DNA from: Octopus vulgaris
Lineage: Eukaryota
Assembly: GCA_951406725.2 (NCBI GenBank)
Contig: OX597827.1
Span: forward strand, 60,698,001-60,762,000
Reading direction: 5' to 3'
DNA: 64,000 nt
Each line of letters opens with the position of its first letter. The first letter of the stretch is position 1. The notes beneath the pieces were generated by a model. The model searched no databases. It saw only the letters and a program-made list of their open reading frames with translations, and had not been told where the DNA came from. Positions 1 through 11,545 of the stretch are shown here, piece after piece. The position numbers and the translations under genes are program-made.

Positions 1-1009
1 TCAGATTAATCTGTTAAATGTAATACTTTTTTCACTCAAATTATTTTCAATTAATCATACATTATCTTATAGCTTTGAAATTTCAATGGTGTGATAGTTT
101 AATCTTAGAATGTCAATGTAGGTTAGGTGTGAGGGGCTAGATATGGCCAGTTTGAACATAAAACATGTAGGATATTTGGGCCGGATATGGCCGGCTTAAA
201 CATAAAAGGGTTAAAGGTTTGTTCTAGTGCTAACTTTCAGTGTATGATAACCTACAGTCCAGCTACACACACTCTCTTTCCATTATAATAGTCATTATAA
301 ATAATCCTGCTTGCATTGGATATATCAACATAATTAACCGATATAAATCTACTGTGAATATTTTTTCTCCTGTCATAACAAACTTCAGTACAGAGCTTTT
401 GTAATCAACTATTTATAAATGCTACTGAATTATTCCTTCAATGGTGCTGAGTTGTTCTTTTATCTTCTGTCATTTTTTTTACTTGTTTAAGTCATTAGAC
501 AGCAGCCATACTGCAGCATCACCACCTCAAATAATTTTTTAGTCAAACGAATCAACACCAGTACTTTATATTTGTTAAGACGGCTATTTATTCTATCAGT
601 CTCTTTTTTGTCAAACCACCAAGTTATGGGGACATAATCACAGCAACACAGATTGTCAAGCAGTAGTGGTGGACAAACACAGACACATATATCATCATCA
701 TCATCATCATCATTTCCTATCCATTTTCTATGCTGGTATGAGTTAGGGTGTTTGACTGGAACTGGTAAGCCAGAGAGCTGCACCAGGCTCCAGTCAGTTC
801 TGGCTTGGTTTCTACAGATGGCCATATATATATATATATATATATATATAAATTAGAAAAACCCCACCTTTTATCAATTCAATAATGAAAAATTAAATGA
901 CACCATCTAGAAAATTACATATTATAGAAAAATTAAATATAAGATAAAAAATATACTGATGATTAAGTAATGTGCAAAATAATAAATAAAATGTATATAT
1001 TTGGTAGAA

Positions 1010-1109
1010 TAACGACACATGTTTCATGGCTATATTTAAGAAATGATTATAGTAAAAATATTAGTAATAGTAGTAAATCACTTCAATATAAATATAGCCA
1101 CTCAGGTTA
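1010..1109 (-). ncRNA. Degenerate hammerhead motif in a (TA)n-inserted Penelope-type terminus (about 852-1140)
   Basis: UAAC-CUGA-GUGGCUAUAUUU...AAAUAUAGCCAU-GAAA-CAUGUG-UC-GUUA: stems I-III present, core lacks NGA. Confidence 0.55.
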
Positions 1110-1142
1110 AAGATAACTACAATAATAAAATAATTAAAACAA

Positions 1143-2745
1143 CATGAAAGGATGTTATTAGGGATGTTATTAGGATATTATTAGGAATGACATGTTATTA
1201 GGATATTATTAGGAATGACATGTTATTAGGAATGGGCATGTTATAAGGATGTTATTAGGAATGACATGTTATTAGGAATGGCATGTTATAAGGATGTTAT
1301 TAGGATATTATTAGGAATGACATGTTATTAAGATGTTATTAGGAATGGAATGTTATAAGGATGTTATTAGGAATGGAATGTTATAAGGATGTTATTAGGA
1401 ATGACATGTTATTAAGATGTTATTAGGAATGGAATGTTATAAGGATGTTATTAGGAATGGAATGTTATAAGGATGTTATTAGGAATGACATGTTATTAGG
1501 AATGGAATGTTATAAGGATGTTATTAGGAATGATATGTTATTAGGATGTTATTAGGAATGGAATGTTATAAGGATGTTATTAGGAATGGAATGTTATAAG
1601 GATGTTATTAGGAATGACATGTTATAAGGATGTTATTAGGAATGACATGTTATTAAGATGTTATTAGGAATGGCATGTTATAAGGATGTTATTAGGAATG
1701 ACATGTTATTAGGAATGGAATGTTATAAGGATGTTATTAGGAATGGCATGTTATAAGGATGTTATTAGGAATGACATGTTATTAGGATGTTATTAGGAAT
1801 GGCATGTTATAAGGATGTTATTAGGAATGACATGTTATTAGGAATGGAATGTTATAAGGATGTTATTAGGAATGGCATGTTATAAGGATGTTATTAGGAA
1901 TGACATGTTATTAGGATGTTATTAGGAATGGAATGTTATAAGGATGTTATTAGGAATGACATGTTATTAGGAATGGAATGTTATAAGGATGTTATTAGGA
2001 ATGGCATGTTATAAGGATGTTATTAGGAATGACATGTTATTAAGATGTTATTAGGAATGGCATGTTATTAGGATGTTATTAGGAATGGCATGTTATAAGG
2101 ATGTTATTAGGAATGACATGTTATTAGGAATGGAATGTTATAAGGATGTTATTAGGAATGGCATGTTATAAGGATGTTATTAGGAATGACATGTTATTAG
2201 GAATGGAATGTTATAAGGATGTTATTAGGAATGGCATGTTATAAGGATGTTATTAGGAATGACATGTTATTAGGAATGGAATGTTATAAGGATGTTATTA
2301 GGAATGACATGTTATTAGGAATGACATGTTATTAGGAATGACATGTTATTAGGAATGGAATGTTATAAGGATGTTATTAGGAATGACATACTATTAGGAT
2401 GTTATTAGGAATGACATACTATTAGGATATTATTAGGAATAGCATGTTATAAGGATATTATTAGGAATGGAATGTTATTAGGATGTTATTAGGAATGGCA
2501 TGTTATAAGGATGTTATTAGGAATGGCATGTTATAAGGATGTTATTAGGAATGGAATGTTATAAGGATGTTATTAGGAATGACATGTTATAAGGATGTTA
2601 TTAGGAATGACATGTTATTAGGATGTTATTAGGAATGGCATGTTATTAGGAATGACATGTTATTAGGATATTATTAGGAATGACATACTATTAGGATATT
2701 ATTAGGAATGGCAGGTTATAAGGATGTTATTAGGAATGACATGAA
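1143..2745. repeat. 1.6-kb minisatellite of interleaved 10-11 and 17-bp units (ATGTTATTAGG / GTTATTAGGAATGACAT / GTTATAAGGAT)
   Basis: Direct reading; irregular 28-bp higher-order period. Confidence 0.97.
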
Positions 2746-2874
2746 CATGAAAATATCCTAAAATACAGGCCTTTTGTACTCAGTCAAAAAATAAAAACAG
2801 ATACTAGAACCAAAAGCCAGTGGTGTAGCTATCAAACGTAGTAGCAGCAGATATAATATAATAGTTTTACTAAC

Positions 2875-2996
2875 TTAGCTGGTTCTGCCCCTGGCAATTC
2901 TTCAGTTGGCAGAAGAATGTTGAGATCAGTTTCATCACTTACTATCATCTGCAACCCTTGGGGATCAAATGTTGGTAAATCAGGCTCTGCCTGAAA
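2875..2996 (-). CDS. REC8: REC8-like coding exon 8 (FQAEPDLPTFDPQGLQMIVSDETDLNILLPTEELPGAEPA); gene continues off the left edge
   Basis: ctttgttgcag| ... AA|GTTAGT; phase 0/2; open frame resembling the E.ELP....LD.L region of REC8. No C-terminal winged-helix domain inside the window. Confidence 0.75.
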
Positions 2997-3083
2997 CTGC
3001 AACAAAGAATAAAACAGGTTTATTGGTCACTAAGAATGATTGACTAACAGACTGACTCAGACAGAGGTGGGGAGGGGGAATTG

Positions 3084-3114
<31 letters not shown>

Positions 3115-3537
3115 ATGGAACATAGTTATTTAAATTTAAATAACTATGTTCTCTAACTGGCAAAATTCACTGCAGAGAATTATTTTCTGCAGAATTATTT
3201 CCGGTATTGTTGGCGCGCCAAAACGAAGACTTTTGAAATATAATCCCAAATGTAATTGGTAGAACTATATACATGTTCAATCTCATGCGAACGTTCTGTG
3301 TATAGTTCTGCAAAGTATATTTTGCTTTGACGATCACACTGACGAGTTGCGGACATCTACGTAAGTGGTAACAACGAAACTGGTTTGTGATTAATCTGTA
3401 TATTTTGTATCTTTTCATTTGTCTTGCTCACTTACATTCTGGAGTTTGCTAAATTTTCTTGAGAACATTCCTGTCTTAGTGGTAAGACCATAGGGGGTTG
3501 ACTTCTAGCATAATGGATGTCCACTTAGTGGTCATCC

Positions 3538-3580
<43 letters not shown>

Positions 3581-3583
<3 letters not shown>

Positions 3584-4318
3584 TTCATCAAAAATTTAGA
3601 TTCAGATGAATATAGTACTTAAGTTAAAGGCACCAGAATTTGGTATGGTATTATCCATATATATCAAATGGGGTGATTATAATCAAAGTAAGCAACAAGG
3701 ATATCCAAAGGTAGTGTAGTACAATTGTTTCATGCTACTTCATTTAATTAAACAATGTAAGTATTACATCAGTTTTAAAATGTAGAGCCCTCTTCAGCCA
3801 CATATGGAATTTTATAAAATTAAATTGACAATGTTCATTTTTATACTTATTCCATTTGCCAACATTACAAAGAGGGCAGATATATAGACAGAGAAGTGAA
3901 TTTCATCAGTAAAAACATGGTAGTAGAAGATCTTAACTCATGGGTCTTCTTGATAATTTTAGTAACTTCTATGCTGAAGTAGAAACAACATGTTCTTTGT
4001 CTAGCTCCTTAACTTCTTAGAGATTTTAGGTATAATTATACTAATGTGTCCATTTGTTCTAATATAATTAATTTTTTTGTGCAGCTGAAGATTGCACTAC
4101 ATTTTAAATTGATGTAATGATTGCATTGTTCAATTAAATGGAGTTGCGTGTAATGATCGTACTGCATTACCTCTGGATATTCTTGTTGCTTATTTTGACT
4201 TTAATCATCTTACTTTGAAATTATATGGATAATACCGTACTAAATTCTGGTGCCTCAATTTAAGTTCCATATTCATCTGAATCTAAATTTTTGCTGAACT
4301 CATCTATGATACCCAAAG
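3581..4318. mobile_element. Fold-back element in (TA)n with ~220-bp diverged inverted arms and a one-sided tail (Penelope pseudo-LTR-like)
   Basis: 3581-3798 is the reverse complement of 4084-4301 (roughly 80% identical by eye); CTGAAGA at the inner ends; the same family recurs at 11208-11545. Confidence 0.7.
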
Positions 4319-4973
4319 TATATATATATATTGTGTTTTTTAAATTATTTTTCAAAATTACTCTAGATGTCCTTGACTGTAAGATTCATGTAGAAAACGG
4401 TTTATAATAATGATATAATTTACTAATTTATCAATTAAAAATTTCCTTAGAAACAGCCGTAATGGATTGACACCTGTCCTTCAGTTGTTACTTATTTACT
4501 TTTAATTCACCTTGAGTATTCTGAAGTATATTATGGACTGTATATTTAATAAAATGTACATGTCTGAATATCTCAAGAGTGGATTATATACTTAAGTTAA
4601 ATTGACTGCATACATAACTTGCAAATCATTCTGCCAGTATTTCTGTACCAAGGTTTGTATTCAAATAAAAACTGCTGTGTGTGCATTTTATTCCGATCTA
4701 ACTAGGTGGCTCAACTTTAAGTATCTTTATCAAATGAATATTGTTTATACTGTGTGTGTGTGTGTGATCACATTTGTCCCCACCAGCACTTGATAACAGG
4801 TATCAGCTTGTTTGCATCCCCATAACTTAGTCGTTTGGCAAAGGAGTCTGACAGGCTAAGTACCAGGCTTCAGAATAAGTACCAGGGTTGATTTGACTCA
4901 ACTCATCAAGGAAGAAACCCCATCATGGCTGCAGTCAAATGACTGAAAAAAAAAATACAAAAAACATAGATAC

Positions 4974-5044
4974 CATAGTCACATTGTCTGCAACAATCTC
5001 CCGCATCCTCAACTGGTCTTCAGGCATAGAGAATGCCGGCATAG
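4974..5044 (-). CDS. REC8: REC8-like coding exon 7 (A-MPAFSMPEDQLRMREIVADNVTM)
   Basis: Pyrimidine tract + aag| ... ATG|GTATCT; phase 1/0; PEDQLRMRE resembles the PExITLxE motif of REC8. Both splice sites are somewhat weak. Confidence 0.72.
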
Positions 5045-5149
5045 CTTCGATAAAGAAGAGGCAAAATACATAATGAGTACAAGCAGATGACAATAATGAC
5101 TAGAAACACTTATTAACAGTATTGATGATAATGATGGTATATATGAATA

Positions 5150-6126
5150 TATGAGCAAAAAGCCCCCCTCCAATGGACGGTGCTGAGTTGTCAAACATTT
5201 AAACCAAATTTTCTCAAAATAACTTGTCTGACTGTCCCATAGGCCTCCCCTTTGAGAAACACTGATTTAACCTAAATTTGAGACACCAGCAAAAGAAGAA
5301 ATAAAGATGGACTTTATTTCTATTCCAAAGAAAAACGATTTTATTCACACAAATATGCAATCGAAGAGTTTAGAGTACCAGTAATGATAAGGCTGTTGAC
5401 TGGGAGAACACAAACATGGTTTAAATAGTAAGCTTGGCAGGAAAGAAACGTGCCTTTAAGCAGTACAAAAACGACAAAAAATGGAAGGTGCAGTTATGTA
5501 CAGGTTGACGGAAGAAAAGCAGTACAAAAACAATGCATGCAAATGGGTTAGCTAGAGGTAAATCTAGATGGAAAAGCATTATGAATTTATGAGAATGTAC
5601 CTGGGACAATAATAAGTTTATCCGATAAAACATGTAGGAAATCAGCTTGGGGCGATTTTTGATGAAAAGCAACAATCTAGGGAACTAAGTAACTAATTTT
5701 AAGCTAACTTACTTTACGGGATGTTCAAGGGAATGGAAAAGCTAGTGGAGTGCAGCCTTAAGCATGCCTTTATTTCAATAAAATTTTTGGTTTTGTTAAA
5801 AGAAGTTAAGGCAAAAAAATTCTTGAGAAACCAAATAGTCTTTCCTTCCTTCATGCCAAGCTTGAAGAAAATATCTCTTTTGCATCTTACTTTTTTGCAC
5901 GTGCAGTTTTCTCACATACGCGTAGTATCAATCACAACAGCTGATGTACTTGCGCGTACAAATGCACGTTCCCACGGCTTTATCGATCACATTCTCACCT
6001 GGAATCAATTTTTGTAATTTTCTCAAGACTTATAGATGCCCTGATACTGAGCGCAATCGGATGGAGGATGCCCAAGATCCTAGAAGACACACACACAGAC
6101 AAACAGAACAGATTTTATATAATAGA
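5150..6126 (-). mobile_element. Interspersed repeat, possibly Helitron-like (shorter copy at 36349-36741)
   Basis: Both ends are shared with 36349-36741 (CCAATGGACGGTGCTGAGTTGTCAAAC; GATCCTAGAAGACACAC); minus-strand start TCTATTA. Confidence 0.55.
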
Positions 6127-6488
6127 TATATATATATATAAATAAAATTATGAGATAAAAATCCAAGGCTGAGAAAAATTTTATAACACACACCTAAAAG
6201 GACATTTAGTCAAGAATTCTTTCTCTCTAGCAATTGTAATGTGGACTTATTTATAAAACGAAACAGAATCTTTACAGTTAAATGTCTTTGCACAGAAATC
6301 TAATACAAGACTTCCTATCTAACACTTTTACTCAACTTAAAAGTGAAGAACATAAAGATGAACAAAATGCTACTAAGCATTTGTGCTAATGATTCTGCTA
6401 GGTCGCTGCCCTCAAGACAAGAAATATTGTAATGAAATTGGTTGAAAAGTTAACCAAGTGCAAGAATGTGGAAACAGAGAAAAATTAC

Positions 6489-6606
6489 CAGGCTTAGATT
6501 TTGAAGTTAAACTAGGCGGAGATGGAGTTGATGGCTCTTTCTGGATAGATACAGTGTAATCTGATTGCAGTGGCATTTCAAAAGAAATATCTCTGCTCCA
6601 CACTTC
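6489..6606 (-). CDS. REC8: REC8-like coding exon 6 (EVWSRDISFEMPLQSDYTVSIQKEPSTPSPPSLTSKSKP)
   Basis: ctttctttttacag| ... G|GTAAT; phase 0/1; S/P-rich linker within ORF 6412-6675. Confidence 0.8.
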
Positions 6607-7281
6607 CTGTAAAAAGAAAGAAAACACATTTTTATAAGTGTGTTTGTGTAGTTGAGAAGAGTGCTCCATAACCATGTGGTCTTGGGTTCAGTCCCATTGT
6701 GTGGTACCTTATAAAAAGTGTCTTCTGTTATAAACCCTGCACCGAACACGAGTGGATATGGGTTTCTTTCAGTTTCTATCTACCAAAACCACTTACAAGG
6801 CTTTAGATGGCCTAGGGTTATAGTGAAAGACCCTTGCCCAAGGTATCACACAATGCAACTGATCCTGAAACCAAGTGGTTGAGAAGCAAACTCCGGAAAG
6901 ACTTCTGCTTGCCCCCATTTTCTCCCAAATTTGTTTATTTAAAAAATTTTTTTGCCAGAAATCCCCATTTTCGGATACGGAGATTCTAGAAAATTGCCAA
7001 AAATCAGCATTGTGAAATCCCCCCCCCCCCTTTCCTCATCAACTTCTTCAATTTTGACTTTTTTGCCAACACTAATCCTAAAACCCTAACCCTAACCCTA
7101 AAACTATAACTGTAAGTAGAGAAATGTTTTGAAACTTTTGTCCGAATCATAATGTCCATATTTTTCCACATATTTAGAAAAAAAAAAATTCTTAAAAAAA
7201 AATTTTTACAAAGATTTTTGGTAATTTTTTTCAGAATCATGTGTGAGTGATGGTGTGGGCATACCCTCAAGGTACAAGGTG

Positions 7282-7576
7282 TGGAAGCACATGGCCTAGT
7301 GGTTAGAGCAGCGGACTCGTGGTCAAGGGATCATGGGTTCGAATCTCAGACCGGGCGATGTGAGTATTTATGAGCGAAATACCTTAGCTCCACACGACTC
7401 TGGCAGAAGGTAATGGCGAACTTCTGCTGACTCTTTCGCCACAACTTTCTCTCACTCTTTCCTTCCTGCATCTTGCAGCTCACCTGCGACGGACCGGCGT
7501 CCCGTCCAGGTGGGAAACCTATACGCCAAGGAAACCGGCCCTTATGAGCCAGGTGTGGCTCGAGAAGGAACAAAAA
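7282..7576 (+). mobile_element. tRNA-derived SINE with a 19-bp target-site duplication
   Basis: A box TGGCCTAGTGG and B box GGTTCGAATCT; ACCCTCAAGGTACAAGGTG at 7263-7281 and 7577-7595. Confidence 0.9.
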
Positions 7577-7926
7577 ACCCTCAAGGTACAAGGTGCATAT
7601 GAGAGAGAGAATAGGTGTAGAAGAACAGAAAAAGTAGGTAAGTGCACTAGAGCATGAGTGTGACAGGGTGTAATTTTAACATAGTTTTATTCCTGTAAGA
7701 ATCTTTATTTGTTTGTTTGTGATCATTAATAAATTATATTCCCATATCTTGGCTTTCCCTTTTTCTGCCATGTTGTCATTGTCCTATGTAACTACTACAG
7801 TCTGGGCGTTTCTCTGTGACAAGACAAAACGCAAACAGTTTCTCTCTCTTTCTCTCACACAGACACATACATACATACACACTGAACTATAAACACAAGT
7901 ACAACAGAATAATGGTTAGTACTTAC

Positions 7927-8026
7927 CACAGTTGGTATTTCTTCAATGTCTATCATGACATCTTTAAATTGTCCAAACCCCAAATCCATGTCAGTAAGAA
8001 TGTCTGATCTAGTGACTCTGTCCCTT
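7927..8026 (-). CDS. REC8: REC8-like coding exon 5 (RDRVTRSDILTDMDLGFGQFKDVMIDIEEIPTV)
   Basis: tttttcag| ... GTG|GTAAGT; phase 2/0; DLGFG resembles the DPxFG motif of REC8 proteins. Confidence 0.85.
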
Positions 8027-8122
8027 CTGAAAAATTGGAATTAAAAATTATTGCACACATACACAACAACAACAGCAACCATAATACATGAAATTCAATT
8101 ACTTGGTCAATTATTTAATGTT

Positions 8123-8161
<39 letters not shown>

Positions 8162-8347
8162 ATTTCAGAATGGTCATTTTGCCAGTTTAGCCAAAAATCT
8201 TGCACAACAAATATATAAACGTAATATATATATATATATATATATACATACATACATATAAAATATACATATATACATGTGTGTGTGTATATATATATAT
8301 ATATATGTATATAAATCTCTCTCTCCCTCTATATATATATATGTATA

Positions 8348-8711
8348 TCTCTCTATATATAAACGGCAGTTTGTCTGTGCGTGTTTCTGTGTGTCTGTTT
8401 GCTTGTACCTTCACCCTGACCACGGCTTTCAACCGATTCTGATGAAACTTGACACACACATAGCCCAATGTCATAATTCAAAACTAATGCAGCGAAAATT
8501 TTGAAAAGTTCCCCCAGTTCTGAAAAAAATCGATAAATTCGACATGGGGTCCAGAATCAGAAACACAAACTGTCTAGGGGACGCAACTCCACCTTTTTTA
8601 ACTAAAAAAAAATTTACCATCATTTTTTTCCATTTTTTGGCTATAACTCTCTAAAAATGCTTTATAGTTATTTCCCTTACAAACCTGAGCAACGCCGGGC
8701 GATACTGCTAG
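8348..8711 (+). mobile_element. Non-autonomous Helitron-like element
   Basis: 5' A|TC...; 3' hairpin CCTGAGCAACGCCGGG then CTAG|T. Confidence 0.75.
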
Positions 8712-8716
8712 TATAT

Positions 8717-8968
8717 ATTTTCGCGGGGTTCCACTATTTCCCTTCTCTCTCTCCCTCTTTTACGTTGTCTGCCATCCCCCCTCTTCCTTTGCTAAGAGCA
8801 TTTTTAAGCCAGCCCGTCATATTCCCGTGTCAGGCAGAAGAACGAAATGTTCCCAAGATAAGAGAGTCTTTCTAATCTAATGTTGTGGTTGAGCTGTTTA
8901 TTATTTATTATTATTACTATTATTAGTAGTATTAGTATTGTCCCTTTGATCCTCGGTCGAAAATTTGC

Positions 8969-9004
<36 letters not shown>

Positions 9005-9052
9005 TTACTATTTTCAGCTTCGCCTTGTATTGCATATTATTTCTCCATACAG

Positions 9053-9085
<33 letters not shown>

Positions 9086-9347
9086 CAATGGCGGCCCATT
9101 TTCTGGGGTTCCACTATTTCCCTTCTCTCTCTCCCTCTTTTACGTTGTCTGCCATCCCCCTCTTCCTTTGCTAAGAGCATTTTTAAGCCAGCCCGTCATA
9201 TTCCCGTGTCAGGCAGAAGAACGAAATGTTCCCAAGATAAGAGAGTCTTTCTAATCTAATGTTGTGGTTGAGCTGTTTATTATTTATTATTATTACTATT
9301 ATTAGTAGTATTAGTATTGTCCCTTTGATCCTCGGTCGAAAATTTGC

Positions 9348-9383
<36 letters not shown>

Positions 9384-9720
9384 TTACTATTTTCAGCTTC
9401 GCCTTGTATTGCATATTATTTCTCCATACAGGGTTTTTTTTTTTTTTTTTTTTTTTTCAATGGCGGCCCATTTTCGCGGGGTTCCACTATTTCCCTTCTC
9501 TCTCTCCCTCTTTTACGTTGTCTGCCATCCCCCTCTTCCTTTGCTAAGAGCATTTTTAAGCCAGCCCGTCATATTCCCGTGTCAGGCAGAAGAACGAAAT
9601 GTTCCCAAGATAAGAGAGTCTTTCTAATCTAATGTTGTGGTTGAGCTGTTTATTATTTATTATTATTACTATTATTAGTAGTATTAGTATTGTCCCTTTG
9701 ATCCTCGGTCGAAAATTTGC

Positions 9721-9756
<36 letters not shown>

Positions 9757-10091
9757 TTACTATTTTCAGCTTCGCCTTGTATTGCATATTATTTCTCCAT
9801 ACAGGGTTTTTTTTTTTTTTTTTTTTTCAATGGCGGCCCATTTTCGCGGGGTTCCACTATTTCCCTTCTCTCTCTCCCTCTTTTACGTTGTCTGCCATCC
9901 CCCCTCTTCCTTTGCTAAGAGCATTTTTAAGCCAGCCCGTCATATTCCCGTGTCAGGCAGAAGAACGAAATGTTCCCAAGATAAGAGAGTCTTTCTAATC
10001 TAATGTTGTGGTTGAGCTGTTTATTATTTATTATTATTACTATTATTAGTAGTATTAGTATTGTCCCTTTGATCCTCGGTCGAAAATTTGC

Positions 10092-10134
<43 letters not shown>

Positions 10135-10175
10135 TTTCAGCTTCGCCTTGTATTGCATATTATTTCTCCATACAG

Positions 10176-10213
<38 letters not shown>

Positions 10214-10475
10214 CAATGGCGGCCCATTTTCATGGGTTCCACTATTTCCTTCTCTCTCTCCCTCTTTTACGTTGTCTGCCATCCCCCCTCTTCCTTTGCT
10301 AAGAGCATTTTTAAGCCAGCCCGTCATATTCCCGTGTCAGGCAGAAGAACGAAATGTTCCCAAGATAAGAGAGTCTTTCTAATCTAATGTTGTGGTTGAG
10401 CTGTTTATTATTTATTATTATTACTATTATTAGTAGTATTAGTATTGTCCCTTTGATCCTCGGTCGAAAATTTGC

Positions 10476-10511
<36 letters not shown>

Positions 10512-10559
10512 TTACTATTTTCAGCTTCGCCTTGTATTGCATATTATTTCTCCATACAG

Positions 10560-10594
<35 letters not shown>

Positions 10595-10713
10595 CAATGG
10601 CGGCCCATTTTCGGGGTTCCACTATTTCCCTTCTCTCTCTCCCTCTTTTACGTTGTCTGCCATCCCCCTCTTCCTTTGCTAAGAGCATTTTTAAGCCAGC
10701 CCGTCATATTCCC
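8717..10713. repeat. Tandem array of 5 full plus 1 partial ~375-bp near-identical units, each with poly-T and (TTA)n tracts
   Basis: CAATGGCGGCCC recurs at 9086, 9458, 9828, 10214 and 10595; length differences lie mainly in the poly-T. Confidence 0.97.
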
Positions 10714-11207
10714 GGTGCACCCGCCCTTGCCCACCCCCACCACCAATACCGGATATCTCTATATTTTTGCTCCATCTATACCGGATGTCGCTTCTCCCAC
10801 CACCATTATAGGTGTCTACTCTTCGAACCCCCTCTTCAATACGCTATTTCAACATGCATTACCCCTCTCTTGATATCCTACGTTCTACTTGCCTAGAACC
10901 TGTCATCATTTCTCTGAACCACCCCTCCCCACTGGTGCTCCCCTATATTCCCCCCCACATAAAAAGCACCATCCGAACGTGGCCGATGCCAGACCCCTCT
11001 GGCACCTGTGCAGGTGGCACGTAAAAAACACCCACTACACTCGCGGAGTGGTTGGCGTTAGGAAGGGCATCCAGCTGTAGAAACACTGCCAGACTAGACT
11101 GGAGCCTGGGGCAGTCCCGAGCTCCCCAGACCCCGGTCGAAACCGTCCAACCCGTGCTAGCGCGGAAAACGGACGTTAAACGATGATGATGATGATGATG
11201 ATGATGA

Positions 11208-11392
11208 TAATCAAAATAAGCAACAAGGATATCCAAGGTAGTGTAGTACAATCGTTTCATGCTACACTACCTTGGATATCCTTGTTGCTTACTTTGATTA
11301 TAATCACCCCATTTGATTTATATGGATACCATACCAAATTCTGGTGCCTTTCACTTAAGTACCATGTTCATCTGAATCTAAATTTTGCTGAA

Positions 11393-11443
<51 letters not shown>

Positions 11444-11545
11444 TGCTTTAGGTATGGTAGGTGAGTTCAGCAAAAATTTCAGATGAAGTTGAGGCACCAG
11501 AATTTAGTACGGTATTATCCACACAATTTCAAAATAAGGTGATTA
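11208..11545. mobile_element. Second copy of the 3581-4318 family: near-perfect hairpin plus opposed arms around (TA)n
   Basis: A 38-bp stem with one mismatch at 11209-11299; arm to 11395; (TA)n; second arm with tail at 11446-11545. Confidence 0.7.

Noticed and set aside
252-369. Phase-compatible candidate terminal exon (RKNIHSRFISVNY...VAGL*)
   Set aside because: Weak acceptor; it would end REC8 before the essential C-terminal winged-helix domain.
3436-3504. 69-nt in-frame candidate REC8 exon (KSTPYGLTTKTGMFSRKFSKLQN) with a GTAAGT donor
   Set aside because: The acceptor lacks a pyrimidine tract and lies in repeat-like sequence next to (TA)n. The flanking exons join in phase without it and it shows no REC8 resemblance.
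4335-4600. Possible additional hammerhead remnant (GAAACAGCCGTA at 4450)
   Set aside because: Only the 3' half is recognisable; no CUGANGA or stem I partner.
8717-10713. CRISPR array, or retrozyme / HDV-like ribozyme in the 375-bp units
   Set aside because: No unique spacers and a eukaryotic context; no CUGANGA on either strand and no convincing HDV P1-P4 pairing found by eye.
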